A stretch of 64,000 bases of DNA from a virus, in IMG/VR virus record IMGVR_UViG_3300031339_000004, positions 1 to 64,000 of that record. One strand, written 5' to 3'. The position numbers and the translations under genes are program-made. Under the pieces are notes generated by a model. The model worked only from the letters and a program-made list of their open reading frames with translations. It was not told where the DNA came from and searched no databases. Numbering within the stretch: position 1 is the stretch's first letter; every line of letters starts with the position of its first letter. Positions 27,004 to 37,738 of this stretch are shown here, piece by piece.

Positions 27004-30000
27004 ATGGCTGATAGAACTGCGTTTTCTAGAAAGAACGCAAACACTATTCTAGAAACACGAGCAAATGAACCAACTCCTGTAACTGCTGAACCAGAAGTAG
27101 AATACGAAACAATAACATCTAGTTTTGGCGGCGGCATAGACAGCGACGGTACTAGGGCCGCAATGCAACGACGAAAAGATGTCAGCGCAGTAAAACAAGC
27201 TGCTGCTTCGGTTCCTTCAACACAAAATGTAGGTGGCAGAACTGCGTTTTCTAGAAAGAACGCAAACACTATTCTAGAAACACGAGCAAATAACCCAGAA
27301 GTAGAATACGAAACAATAACATCTAGTTTTGGTGGCGGAATTAGTGGAACTCCTTCACCTGCAATGCAACGTCGACTAGACGCCAGAGCAGCAGAGCAAG
27401 CTGCTGCTAACGGTGATGTTACACAAAGTAAAACACCTAGTAAGTTTACAACTGAATCTAGCACCTTTTCTGCAGCATCAGTAGGGTCCGGCGCAACTAG
27501 TGATTATACTCCTATTAGACAGTATATATCCGGCGCATCTAGTCAAGACAGTTTGCGAAATCTAGTACCTAACGAGTGGAAAAGTGATACTCCAGGTAGA
27601 GATCCAATGATGCAGTCTAGCACAATACAAGCAAGTAATATTTCTAGCGGCAGGATACCTAATCCTCTTAGAAATCACAACACCTATAACTATATTATTA
27701 CTCTAGGAGTATTAAATCCTCGAGAATACAACGACCCTAGCACTTATCGAAACAGAGGAGACTTTGCCTCTTATATAATTAAATCGTCAGGGGGCAACTA
27801 TGCTAATCGCTATAAGGTACAGGACGAAGTAAATTCTGCAAGCGGCGGCGATGCTGAGTATTACATAGACGACCTAGAAATGGACGCAGTAATAGCACCT
27901 AATCAAAACACTGGAGTGGCGCTAGGCACAACACTGTCGTTTAAAGTAATAGAACCTTTTTCAATGGGGAACTTTATTCAAGCACTTATAGGTTCAGCAA
28001 AGAGTGAAGGATATGTAAACTATATTGATGCACCGTTTTGCATAAGAATTGACTTTGTAGGATGGGACGAATACGGTGAACAGTCGACAAAATATATCGG
28101 AAAGCCTATCTACGTGCCAATAAAGATAACCAAAGTAGAACTTAGTGTGACCGGTGCAGGTAGTGAATATATTGTAGTAGCAGTGCCGTTTAGCGAAACT
28201 GCACTAGATGATAGTGTTAACGAAACTAAGACTACTATCAACGCAGTGGGAACGACTGTTTGGGAAGTGTTGAATGGCAACGACACTAGTGTAGCTGAGA
28301 CAATGAATCAACGCTTAGCAAACCTCGAAGACAAAAACGTTACAACAAAAAATGACAGGTTTATAATTGCATTTCCTAGTGATATTGACGGCTTCAACAA
28401 CACTGTTTCTAGAGAAGTTGTAGACGAGATCGACGGTCTTTCAAAGAACATAGAGATTAGACAAGAACAAGGCGTAACTCCTGTGCTAGGAAACTCAACT
28501 GCAAATACTAATAAAATATCAGTTGTTCCTAATTCACAGTTACATGAAAGACTACAACAATATGCTCGTGACACATCTCAAATGAATAGTATTGGTCTAA
28601 GTTCAATTATAGACGATATTAGTGAAGGCGGCGACAAAGCTCAGGCCACACCCGAGCAAGCGTACAACGCCGAAACTGAGACGTTTGAGAACACAGGTCG
28701 GCCTGGAAACAATCCAACGCCAAAAGCAAGAGAACATAAGTTTAGCCAAGGCGAAACAATAATCAGTATGATAGAAAAGGTTGTGTTGAGAAGTCAGTAT
28801 GCTGCTGTAGAATCAACTGCTGATAGCGCTGCCAACGGCACACGAAAATGGTTTAAAATAGATACTCAGGTGTTTATTGATCCTGACCCATCAGCAGAAT
28901 TGCAGCGCGGAGCACTTGCTAAGATATATTTGTTCAACGTTATTCCGTATTATCCCGACGAAGCAAAGACGCTGTCTACAAATCAGAAACCAAAAAATAC
29001 AGAACAACTAAAAGCCCAGGCTGCAAAAGAATACAATTATATCTATACTGGACGCAACGAAGAAATATTAGACTTTGATTTATTGTTTAACAATGCGTTC
29101 ATGCTAACAGCATTTAGCAACTACGGACAAAACTCCGGTGGTGTAGGAAATGCTGACGGTGCAGTTAAAAACGGCGCACTAGCAGCACCGGCTGGGTCGT
29201 CGGTTGTAAAACAAGATTCTAGTGATACTAGCTCAGAACCAGGCGCTAGAGTAGGCGAAATGACATATAAACAAGCCCAACTCCTTTCGGATAACGGATC
29301 AAGATCGTCGGACATACGGCTTAGAATAGCCCAGCAATTCCATAACGCTATAATAAATCAAACGCTTGACATGATTACTGCTGAAATGAAAATAATGGGT
29401 GATCCGTTCTTCATTCCTCAACAAACTGGAAACTTTAAAGGAAACCCTATTAAAAATTCAAATGTGCTAGAAGAGGGCACATTTAATTACATGATGGATG
29501 AGGTGTTCATTGTAGTAAATTTTAAAACTCCGTTCGACTATCAAGTTGACGGAGCTACAATGGAGTTTCCTAGAGTAGTAAAACAGTTTAGTGGGCTGTT
29601 CAGTGTTTGGGCTGTTACAAATACGTTTTCTGGCGGCAAGTTTGAACAGAATATTAAGCTAATCAGAAGAAGAGGCCAAGACGATCCTTCAACTCCTAAT
29701 AATGCTGGTTCAGTTGTATTAGACGATAACGCTAAACTTAGTGATGCTGTAGTGCTCAGTGATACGCCGGGAGCACCAAAAAAAGCCCGTCCTGGACAGA
29801 CTCCTGTCACTATACCGTCTTATGCAAGAGCTGACGAGAATCTAGTAAACGCAGTGCCAGCAGACGCTGTTTCTCCTGCCAGTAATAACATAACTGCCCA
29901 AAATAATTCAGTATTTCCAGCACCACCGGACAGAGAAAACACACTAGATGACCAACAAGAACTCTCGTCTGCTATTAGAAGAGTTAACATTAATCAAGGA

Positions 30001-30030
30001 GGAGCAGGACGCTCATTCGGCGGCCGATAG
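27004..30030 (+). CDS. Baseplate hub protein (gp27/gpD-like) with duplicated N-terminal segment
   Basis: Position between gp53 and gp5; C-terminal I.GDP.F...FSG.F.V..V...F..G.FEQ hub-type motif. Confidence 0.55.
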   Translation: MADRTAFSRKNANTILETRANEPTPVTAEPEVEYETITSSFGGGIDSDGTRAAMQRRKDVSAVKQAAASVPSTQNVGGRTAFSRKNANTILETRANNPEVEYETITSSFGGGISGTPSPAMQRRLDARAAEQAAANGDVTQSKTPSKFTTESSTFSAASVGSGATSDYTPIRQYISGASSQDSLRNLVPNEWKSDTPGRDPMMQSSTIQASNISSGRIPNPLRNHNTYNYIITLGVLNPREYNDPSTYRNRGDFASYIIKSSGGNYANRYKVQDEVNSASGGDAEYYIDDLEMDAVIAPNQNTGVALGTTLSFKVIEPFSMGNFIQALIGSAKSEGYVNYIDAPFCIRIDFVGWDEYGEQSTKYIGKPIYVPIKITKVELSVTGAGSEYIVVAVPFSETALDDSVNETKTTINAVGTTVWEVLNGNDTSVAETMNQRLANLEDKNVTTKNDRFIIAFPSDIDGFNNTVSREVVDEIDGLSKNIEIRQEQGVTPVLGNSTANTNKISVVPNSQLHERLQQYARDTSQMNSIGLSSIIDDISEGGDKAQATPEQAYNAETETFENTGRPGNNPTPKAREHKFSQGETIISMIEKVVLRSQYAAVESTADSAANGTRKWFKIDTQVFIDPDPSAELQRGALAKIYLFNVIPYYPDEAKTLSTNQKPKNTEQLKAQAAKEYNYIYTGRNEEILDFDLLFNNAFMLTAFSNYGQNSGGVGNADGAVKNGALAAPAGSSVVKQDSSDTSSEPGARVGEMTYKQAQLLSDNGSRSSDIRLRIAQQFHNAIINQTLDMITAEMKIMGDPFFIPQQTGNFKGNPIKNSNVLEEGTFNYMMDEVFIVVNFKTPFDYQVDGATMEFPRVVKQFSGLFSVWAVTNTFSGGKFEQNIKLIRRRGQDDPSTPNNAGSVVLDDNAKLSDAVVLSDTPGAPKKARPGQTPVTIPSYARADENLVNAVPADAVSPASNNITAQNNSVFPAPPDRENTLDDQQELSSAIRRVNINQGGAGRSFGGR
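27013..27332 (+). repeat. Exact direct repeats: 54 bp (27013-27066 = 27238-27291) and 38 bp (27091-27128 = 27295-27332)
   Basis: Directly visible; encode RTAFSRKNANTILETRAN and PEVEYETITSSFG twice. Confidence 0.95.
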
Positions 30031-30096
30031 TAGATGTTTCGCAATTATAATTTAGTACTAGTACGTGACATAAGTAAAGCGCATAGGAAAGTATAA

Positions 30097-31176
30097 ATGT
30101 CAGAAATAACAATTACAGCACAACAAATTGCGTTATTAGCTCTCATTAGCAAAGGAGAGTCGCTGAAAGGTTCAAGTCCGTATACTACGTTGTGGCCTAG
30201 TACATCAGAGCCTAGTCTAATACAAATGACGTTAGCTGAGGTACTGCGGTTTCAAGAAGTAAGGACCAAAGAAGGATTTGGCTCTAATGCAGTGGGAAGG
30301 TATCAGTTGTTAAGAACTGATCTAGAGCAGAGTATAAATTTGCTAGAATTAGATGCTGGAAAAATTAGGTTTACGGCTGGCATACAGGATGCTTTAATGA
30401 TCAGCCGATTGAAAAACGTTAGGCTGCTAGACGAATGGTTAGCTGGTACGTTAACATCAGATAAGTTTATGATTCGATTAGCACAAGAGTTTGCTAGTAT
30501 TCCTGTACCATATCCGCTAAATGGCGCTAACAGACGCGTGAGCAAAGGCGAAAGCTATTATTCTACAGAAGACTTTAACGCAACAAAACACAATGCAGAC
30601 ACGTTTTTTCAGGAACTAGAAGATATCTTGGAAATAACTGACGGAGAAGCCCGTATTGTATCAACACTAACAAACGGACCAAACGGCGTAATACCAGCAA
30701 CAGGGTCTACGCCAAAATCACAAACAGCGGCTATTGCAGCAGGATTAGGAGTAGGCGCATACACGGGTGGCAACGCAGGCGCTCGCCCTCTGCCAGCAAA
30801 AGAGTTACCTGTTAGTAAAAACGTTTATGATTACCGACCATTAGATCCTCTTGATGATCGTTACGATTTTAGAACTGGCGAAACGGTTAAAGACGTACTA
30901 ATCTACGGGACTAGTGCCGCAGCAGCTAACCCTATTATTAACGGCAACATAGGACCGGCCAAAGGAAAGACTACTAACTCGGGTGCTGTAGCTCCGCCGG
31001 GGTTTGCTGGTCCAGCGCCAGGCGGAGCAGGTGCAGTTTATGATAACGCATCTGTAGGAAAAGCACCAGAAGAAGAAATCGAAGAGAAAGATGCAAGGCA
31101 AGGCCCGCCTATTCCTTTGACTAGGATACAAATTAATCAAGGCTTACCTAGTGGACCTTTAACAGGTGCCAGGTAA
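30097..31176 (+). CDS. Lysozyme-like (lambda R/GH24-GH104-like) tail-associated muramidase
   Basis: I.KGES, MTLAEV..FQ, AVGRYQ, FT...QD.L, LAQEFAS.P motifs. Confidence 0.7.
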   Translation: MSEITITAQQIALLALISKGESLKGSSPYTTLWPSTSEPSLIQMTLAEVLRFQEVRTKEGFGSNAVGRYQLLRTDLEQSINLLELDAGKIRFTAGIQDALMISRLKNVRLLDEWLAGTLTSDKFMIRLAQEFASIPVPYPLNGANRRVSKGESYYSTEDFNATKHNADTFFQELEDILEITDGEARIVSTLTNGPNGVIPATGSTPKSQTAAIAAGLGVGAYTGGNAGARPLPAKELPVSKNVYDYRPLDPLDDRYDFRTGETVKDVLIYGTSAAAANPIINGNIGPAKGKTTNSGAVAPPGFAGPAPGGAGAVYDNASVGKAPEEEIEEKDARQGPPIPLTRIQINQGLPSGPLTGAR

Positions 31177-31193
31177 CAGCCCAGGAGTTTTAA

Positions 31194-33791
31194 ATGTCTC
31201 AAGATTCGTATAATCGCTCGGCGGTTAAAAGCACAATAGTAAAGGATGCAGGACCGTACGAGGCGATTGTAGTAAACAACCTTGACACTCGTTATATGGG
31301 GTCACTTGAGGTTGAAATATTAAAGTACACAGGCGGAGCAAACACTCCAGAAAAAAGCGGCGAGATATTTAACGTAAGGTACCTTAGTCCTTTTTACGGT
31401 GTAACACCAAGCAAGGGAGCAACTCCTCAAGACGGTTATGCCAACTCTCAAAAGAGCTATGGTTTTTGGGCTGTTCCGCCTGATGTAGGCACAAAGGTGC
31501 TTGTTACGTTTGCTGAAGGTAATTCTAACTACGGATATTGGATCGGCTGTATTCAAGACGATTACATGAACTTCATGGTTCCAGACGGAAGAGCCAGCAC
31601 AACACTTACGGCTTCAGACACTCCACCAGAATTAAACGATGCAAAGTTGCCAGTAGGCGAGTACAATAAACTTATAGAAACAGGCGAAGCCTTGGATCCT
31701 ACTTTGTTTAAAAAGCCGTATAACAAGGACTTTACACGAATTCTTGAAATACAGGGTTTGCTAACTGATGAAGTAAGAGGTACTACAACTACATCAGCTC
31801 GTCGCGAAATTCCGTCAATGGTTTTTGGTATATCAACGCCAGGCCCAAGAGACAAAAGAACAGGTGCACCTAGAGCATCCTTCGGACCAGACAAAAAAAG
31901 TGCTAGTGTTCCTTACAACAGACTAGGCGGCTCAAGTTTTGTAATGGACGACGGCGATGATAAACTAGTTCGTAAAACTCACGCAGAAGACGGACCTCCA
32001 ATCTATGTGAACAAACAAGCAGGAGAAACCGGAGGTGACGCCACTATACCACAGAATGAGCTGATGCGTTTTCGTACTAGAACAGGTCATCAGATTGTAC
32101 TACATAATTCAGAAGACTTAATTTATATTGGAAATAGCCGAGGCACAGCTTGGATAGAAATTACATCAGATGGCAAGATAGATATACATGCTCAGGATAG
32201 CATTTCGGTAATGTCAGATGCTGATATTAACTTTACTGCTGAACGAGACTTTAACATTGACGCTGGCCGAAACATTAATATGAAAGCAAGTGCACGGTAT
32301 TCCGATAGTGCACAATTTTTAGACAACAAAGAAAGTGGCAGAATACAAATAGAAAGTGCGTGGGATACTAACGTATTAGTAGGTAATAATTTTAAACATA
32401 CCATAGAAGGAAACAGCGATATAGTAGTTGGATTGGATTCGAATCAACTAGTAGATCAGACTTATAATCTTCATGCAAAACAAAACATAAATTTTCTGTC
32501 AAATAAGGCTATTCATGAAAAAGCAACCAGCAGTATATATAGAACTGCTGGTAAGACACTGCATGACAGCGCCGGACTTTCTTACTTATTAAGTGCAAAA
32601 TCTAGTGATATTGCTATAAAAGCAAACAGCAGTTTATCAGTTGTTGGAATTTTAAGTCAGAATGTAGGTGCAGCGTATAAAGTCACTGCTGGTACTGCTA
32701 TAATAGAGTCAAAAGGTCCATTGGCGCTCAACGCAATGGGAGGAATTAACCTCAATGGTGCTGCTGGGTCAGTAGGAGCAGCAAGCCCAGCTGTAAAAAT
32801 TGCGTTAATTGCAGCAGACGCAGTAGATGCTGGACGTGCAGAAGAATTATCTACTGTCACATTGCCTTATATGTTCCCTGGCTCTGTAAAACCAGTACCT
32901 TACGAAAGTATATTAACAAGAGCACCTCAGCATGAACCGTGGTCACATCACGAAAACATGAATCCACAAGCTTACAAGAAGGAACAGTCTGATAGAGAAG
33001 ACCCAGGCGGGTTAGCAGTAAACGATAGAATATTGACACCTGATACATTTACTAGAGGGTTTGGTCCTCAATCTAGTCAGACTGTGTTTAACAGCGGCGG
33101 CGGCGAAAACTTTGACGGCGGGACCGGTGACTCGACTATTACTAATAACTCAGTAGAATCAAAGAATTCTATTACTTCGTATGTTAACGGTGCTAGAATA
33201 GACCCAGATAGAGGAACACCGTCAAATATCTCCCAGCGTTTCTTTATAGGCGACGGCGCGTTGGGTACAATTACAACCAGGACTGGCCTAACAGCTCAAG
33301 TAGCAGAGGTGTTTGTTACTAATTTCCAGGGATTCATTGATGACCTAGAGTCTACTGGCTACCAGATAAAAACATTACTAGGATATGCTAAACGACAGAC
33401 AGTTAGTGGATCAGGTTGGTCGATTCACGCTAGTGGCGGGGCCATAGATATCAATCCGCCTAACCCAGTGTTTAACAACGGGCCAAATGGATTCTTTTCA
33501 CCCCGGCCACCAAATGCTCCTATTACTGATATGCCAAAATCAACGCTTTCGTTAGCAAATAAACACGGCCTAGGATGGGGCGGAGCATGGCAGTCAATTG
33601 ACGATGCTATGCACTTTAGCACGTATAAAGGAGAAGGCGGAGCATTTAAGTTCCGCAGAGGCTTTATTCCTAAAGGTCCGTCAGATAACAGGGACGACGG
33701 AGTGCCGTCAGTGGGCGGAGAAGCAGCTAGTACCAGCGAGCCGAGTGGAGTAGATGACTCTATTCTGCCAGGCCCGCAGAGCACTAGTTGA
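31194..33791 (+). CDS. gp5: Baseplate central spike gp5-like protein with C-terminal M15 peptidase
   Basis: OB-fold SYGFWAVPPDVG..VLV.F.EG...YW.GC, R.RT.TGHQI, beta-helix repeats; C-terminal S.HA.G.AIDIN...GL.WGG.W...D.MHF. Confidence 0.82.
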   Translation: MSQDSYNRSAVKSTIVKDAGPYEAIVVNNLDTRYMGSLEVEILKYTGGANTPEKSGEIFNVRYLSPFYGVTPSKGATPQDGYANSQKSYGFWAVPPDVGTKVLVTFAEGNSNYGYWIGCIQDDYMNFMVPDGRASTTLTASDTPPELNDAKLPVGEYNKLIETGEALDPTLFKKPYNKDFTRILEIQGLLTDEVRGTTTTSARREIPSMVFGISTPGPRDKRTGAPRASFGPDKKSASVPYNRLGGSSFVMDDGDDKLVRKTHAEDGPPIYVNKQAGETGGDATIPQNELMRFRTRTGHQIVLHNSEDLIYIGNSRGTAWIEITSDGKIDIHAQDSISVMSDADINFTAERDFNIDAGRNINMKASARYSDSAQFLDNKESGRIQIESAWDTNVLVGNNFKHTIEGNSDIVVGLDSNQLVDQTYNLHAKQNINFLSNKAIHEKATSSIYRTAGKTLHDSAGLSYLLSAKSSDIAIKANSSLSVVGILSQNVGAAYKVTAGTAIIESKGPLALNAMGGINLNGAAGSVGAASPAVKIALIAADAVDAGRAEELSTVTLPYMFPGSVKPVPYESILTRAPQHEPWSHHENMNPQAYKKEQSDREDPGGLAVNDRILTPDTFTRGFGPQSSQTVFNSGGGENFDGGTGDSTITNNSVESKNSITSYVNGARIDPDRGTPSNISQRFFIGDGALGTITTRTGLTAQVAEVFVTNFQGFIDDLESTGYQIKTLLGYAKRQTVSGSGWSIHASGGAIDINPPNPVFNNGPNGFFSPRPPNAPITDMPKSTLSLANKHGLGWGGAWQSIDDAMHFSTYKGEGGAFKFRRGFIPKGPSDNRDDGVPSVGGEAASTSEPSGVDDSILPGPQSTS

Positions 33792-33796
33792 GTGAG

Positions 33797-33803
33797 ATAA
33801 ATA
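33797..33803 (+). promoter_or_regulatory. Late promoter ATAAATA immediately before gp25
   Basis: ATAAATA-CAAT-ATG. Confidence 0.6.
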
Positions 33804-33807
33804 CAAT

Positions 33808-34245
33808 ATGAGCAGCCTAGAGAAGAATTTATATCAACGAGTAAAAGTGACCCCTACAAAAACCTCCGCTTCAACAGGCAGAGCATATAGGGGGTTTAGT
33901 ACTGTGGCCCGGACTAACCAAGGGTATTCGTTGTATGACTTCGAATTGATTAAACAGGATTTGATTAATCACTTCCATATACGACAAGGCGAAAAGTTAT
34001 CAAACCCTGGCTTTGGTTGTATCATCTGGGACTTGCTATTTGAGCCTTTTACTCCAGCTGTGCAAGAAGCAATCATTCAAAACGTAACGACTATTATTAA
34101 TTTTGATCCTAGGCTAACAGCCAAGGACGTTATAGTTGACACATACGAACAGGGTATTTCTATTGATTGTGAACTCACGTACCTGCCTTACGATATCTCC
34201 GAATCAATTACATTTACCTTTGACCAGAAAAACGGCTTAAATTAA
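33808..34245 (+). CDS. gp25: Baseplate wedge subunit (T4 gp25)
   Basis: YRGFS, LIKQDL.NHF.IR.GEKL.NP.FG..IWD.LFEP, DPR. Confidence 0.92.
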   Translation: MSSLEKNLYQRVKVTPTKTSASTGRAYRGFSTVARTNQGYSLYDFELIKQDLINHFHIRQGEKLSNPGFGCIIWDLLFEPFTPAVQEAIIQNVTTIINFDPRLTAKDVIVDTYEQGISIDCELTYLPYDISESITFTFDQKNGLN

Positions 34246-34301
34246 TTAAGTACGCAGTTTTTTATTATGATAAATATCATAGTTAATGAGGAATCTAATT
34301 T

Positions 34302-37300
34302 ATGTCTGCAACAGATAGACAAACACGACTTTTGGTAGCAGAAGACTGGAAGAGAATTTATCAGAGTTTTAGAAACGCTGACTTCCAAAGCTACGATTTT
34401 GACAACCTGCGCAGAACCATGATTAATTATCTGCGACAAAACTATCCTGAAGATTTTAACGATTATATCGAGTCAAGCGAATACCTTGCTCTAATCGACA
34501 TGATCGCATTCCTTGGTCAAAACCTGTCTTTTAGAATAGACCTAAACGCCAGAGAAAACTTCCTCGAGACAGCTGAACGTAGGGAAAGCGTACTGCGTCT
34601 TGCACGGATGTTAGCCTACAACCCTCGACGAAACCAAGCAGCTAATGGTTTGCTTAAAATTTCTACAGTAACGACCACTGAGCAAATAGTTGATAGTACC
34701 GGAGTAAATATTGCAGGTTCTACTATACGTTGGAACGATCAAAGCAACCCTAACTTTTTTGAACAGTTTATTAAAATAATAAACGCAGCTCTACCTGTTA
34801 CTAATTCAGTAGGTAGTCCTTTAAAGACTGAGAATATCGACGGTGTGCAAACACAGAAGTATCGTCTAAACGCAACCAACACAGGTGTACCAGCATTCCC
34901 GTTTACAAAATCCATTGAAGGTGTTAGCACTAGATACGAAGTTGTATCAACTGATTTCGATAACAGCGTAATAAAAGAAGAGCCGCCGATGCCCGGCACA
35001 AGTCCCGCGTTTTTGTTTAGAGATGACGGTCAGGGTGCAGGATCCAATAACACAGGATTCTTTATGCACTTTCGGCAAGGCAGGCTTGACGAAGGTACAT
35101 TTTCGGTATCCAATCCGATCCCCAACCAGATCGTGGGCATTGACGCAGAGAACATCAACAACGACGATGTATGGCTTTACAGCATAGATACAAACGGTTT
35201 TGAGACAACTTCGTGGACTAAGCTGGAAGCAGTAGAAGGCAACAACATTATCTACAACAGTCTTTTTAAAGGCATTAGTAATGTGTTTGCTGTGTCTACT
35301 CGTATTAGCGATAGAATCAATCTAGTGTTTAGTGACGGTATTTTTGGAAACCTTCCCGCAGGAAACTTTAAAGTATACTATAGAACAAGTTCAAACAGAT
35401 CCAGTGTAATTTCACCTGGTGAAGTGGGCAACGTTACTATTGAAATTCCTTACCAAAGCCGTAGCGGTTCACTTGAAACACTAACGTTTGGGCTCAGATT
35501 AAATTATACTGTATCTAATGGTACTCCTACAGAATCTAACGATAGTATCAAGCAAAACGCGCCTGCGACTTATTACACACAGAATCGATTAATCACAGGC
35601 GAAGATTACAACATAGGTCCTCTTGCGGTCAGCCAAGACATTATAAAAACTAAGAGTGTTAACAGAGTTAGTAGTGGCATAAGTAGATATTTTGATTTAA
35701 AAGATGCAAGTGGAAAGTATTCTAATACTAGTTTGTTTGCTGACGACGGCATTATATATAAAGAATTATACGAGGTAAAAACACAATTTGCATTTTCTTC
35801 ACAAAGTGATATTGAAGGCATATTGGTTAATACTGTTGAAGATATTATGAATACTACTAATCTCAAAAACTTTTACTACTCGGAATTTCCAAGAACAATT
35901 ACTTCGGATCTAAGTGCAAGTTGGGAAAATACAACAAAATTTACTAACCAGTACACTGGGTTCCTTAATGACACACAGGGCGAAGCCTACGCTATTGGAG
36001 CGTTTACTGCTAATAATTTACGATACGTAGAGTCCGGAACTCTTCTTAAGTTCGTGGCACCTATTGTTGATGGAGTGCAGCAGTATTTCTTAAAAGACGG
36101 TACTTACACAGCTAACCCAAATCTAGATGGCACAACCATATACCTATGGACCAAGGTCGCTGACACGATATCAGACGGAACAACTTTGACCATAGACGAC
36201 AGGGGTCCTATTACACTAGTTGATCTTATTCCTAATGGTTCGCTGCTTAGTCAAGTTATTCCAAAGATCTCCAGGACATTATTAACTGATCTAAAAACTC
36301 AAATAATTGATCAAACATTTGCTTACAAAGATTATGCACTTAGATATAATACAAACACTCTCGAGTGGCAGTTAGTACTTGCGTCGAATATTGATACACT
36401 GTCTGAATTTAGCACAGGTAAAGCAGGAGATCTTAGCGGACAAAATCTTGATGCAAGTTGGTTGTTGAATTTTAAAACCAACGGCGATACTTATACTATT
36501 ACTCATCGCAATCTAAGATACGTATTCGAAAGTAAAGACGAAGTTCGGTTTACATTTGACGGTTCAGACAAAGTCTTTAATCCAAAAACAGGAAAAATTG
36601 CACGTGACGGAATCCGAGTATTAGGAGTTAATAAGCAGCCAGACAGTGCTAGTAGTTTCACAAGAGATTTTAACTGGGGAATTTCTGATGCTTATAGAGA
36701 CAAAGAAGGTTATGTAGATACCACAAAGATTGAAATACAGTTTGTTGATTTAGACAACGATGGTGTTATTGACGATCCGGACCTATTTAATAGAATTGTC
36801 GAACCAGAAGTATTACCGTCTCAGAAAATCATCTTTCAACAGCGGTTTACAACGTCTGACGGAGTAGAAGACTTTAGATTTTTCGATAACTTGAGTGGTT
36901 CTATTAAGGTAGTTAGTAACGAGTCGAACATAATTTATAGCGCAGAACAGGAAGGACAAATATTTTACTTGTTTGAAGAAGAAGTTTTTAAGACTCTAAA
37001 TAAATCGTTAAATAACACAACGATTAATATAAATTACAGAGCGTATTTTGGAAGAGCAGGACTGAAATTTCATTACGTACATGTAGCTGACAGCAATTAT
37101 AGAATTGACCCCAGTGCAAGTAATATTATTGATACTTTCTTGCTAACAAAGAATTATGATACAGAAGTTAGAAAATATGTTGCAGGAATAATTCCAGTAA
37201 CACCAAAACCTGAAAGTAGTGATAGCCTGTTCAGATCTTACGGCACATCAATTAATGCAATAAAGTCAATTAGTGACGAGATAGTTTATCATCCGGTTAA

Positions 37301-37724
37301 GTATAAGATACTGTTTGGTGAGAAAGCAATGAATGATTTGCAAGTTAAGTTTAAAGTGGTTCGAAATAAATCAATAGTAGTTAACGAGAATGAGTTAAAA
37401 GCAGAGATAATTGAATCAATGAATCGGTTTTTTGCTATTGAGAATTGGGACTTTGGAGAGACTTTTTACTTTCAAGAACTTAGTGCATTTATTATGAATA
37501 CTATGACACCCAAATTAGTAAGTGTAGTAATTGTGCCAAGACAAGGTTCACAATCGTTCGGTAGTTTATTTGAAATAAAATCCGAACTTGATGAAATTTT
37601 TATTAGTGCTGCTAGTGTACGTGATGTAGAAATTATTGACGAACTAACAGCAACTGAATTGCAAGCAAGCGGTAACGTAATAACTAGCGTTATGACAGCT
37701 ACTTCAGGCATTATATCTAGATAA
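34302..37724 (+). CDS. gp6: Baseplate wedge subunit (T4 gp6)
   Basis: DFD.LR..MI.YL...PE.F.DY.E.S, E.FL.TA..R.SV..LA..L.Y.P, F.DG.FG..P, QNR.IT..DY; upstream ATAAATA at 34270-34276. Confidence 0.9.
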   Translation: MSATDRQTRLLVAEDWKRIYQSFRNADFQSYDFDNLRRTMINYLRQNYPEDFNDYIESSEYLALIDMIAFLGQNLSFRIDLNARENFLETAERRESVLRLARMLAYNPRRNQAANGLLKISTVTTTEQIVDSTGVNIAGSTIRWNDQSNPNFFEQFIKIINAALPVTNSVGSPLKTENIDGVQTQKYRLNATNTGVPAFPFTKSIEGVSTRYEVVSTDFDNSVIKEEPPMPGTSPAFLFRDDGQGAGSNNTGFFMHFRQGRLDEGTFSVSNPIPNQIVGIDAENINNDDVWLYSIDTNGFETTSWTKLEAVEGNNIIYNSLFKGISNVFAVSTRISDRINLVFSDGIFGNLPAGNFKVYYRTSSNRSSVISPGEVGNVTIEIPYQSRSGSLETLTFGLRLNYTVSNGTPTESNDSIKQNAPATYYTQNRLITGEDYNIGPLAVSQDIIKTKSVNRVSSGISRYFDLKDASGKYSNTSLFADDGIIYKELYEVKTQFAFSSQSDIEGILVNTVEDIMNTTNLKNFYYSEFPRTITSDLSASWENTTKFTNQYTGFLNDTQGEAYAIGAFTANNLRYVESGTLLKFVAPIVDGVQQYFLKDGTYTANPNLDGTTIYLWTKVADTISDGTTLTIDDRGPITLVDLIPNGSLLSQVIPKISRTLLTDLKTQIIDQTFAYKDYALRYNTNTLEWQLVLASNIDTLSEFSTGKAGDLSGQNLDASWLLNFKTNGDTYTITHRNLRYVFESKDEVRFTFDGSDKVFNPKTGKIARDGIRVLGVNKQPDSASSFTRDFNWGISDAYRDKEGYVDTTKIEIQFVDLDNDGVIDDPDLFNRIVEPEVLPSQKIIFQQRFTTSDGVEDFRFFDNLSGSIKVVSNESNIIYSAEQEGQIFYLFEEEVFKTLNKSLNNTTININYRAYFGRAGLKFHYVHVADSNYRIDPSASNIIDTFLLTKNYDTEVRKYVAGIIPVTPKPESSDSLFRSYGTSINAIKSISDEIVYHPVKYKILFGEKAMNDLQVKFKVVRNKSIVVNENELKAEIIESMNRFFAIENWDFGETFYFQELSAFIMNTMTPKLVSVVIVPRQGSQSFGSLFEIKSELDEIFISAASVRDVEIIDELTATELQASGNVITSVMTATSGIISR

Positions 37725-37738
37725 GGACATAATTAATA

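Noticed and set aside
27013-27332. CRISPR-like mini-array
   Set aside because: Only two copies of each block, in frame inside a CDS, with no spacer periodicity and no cas genes
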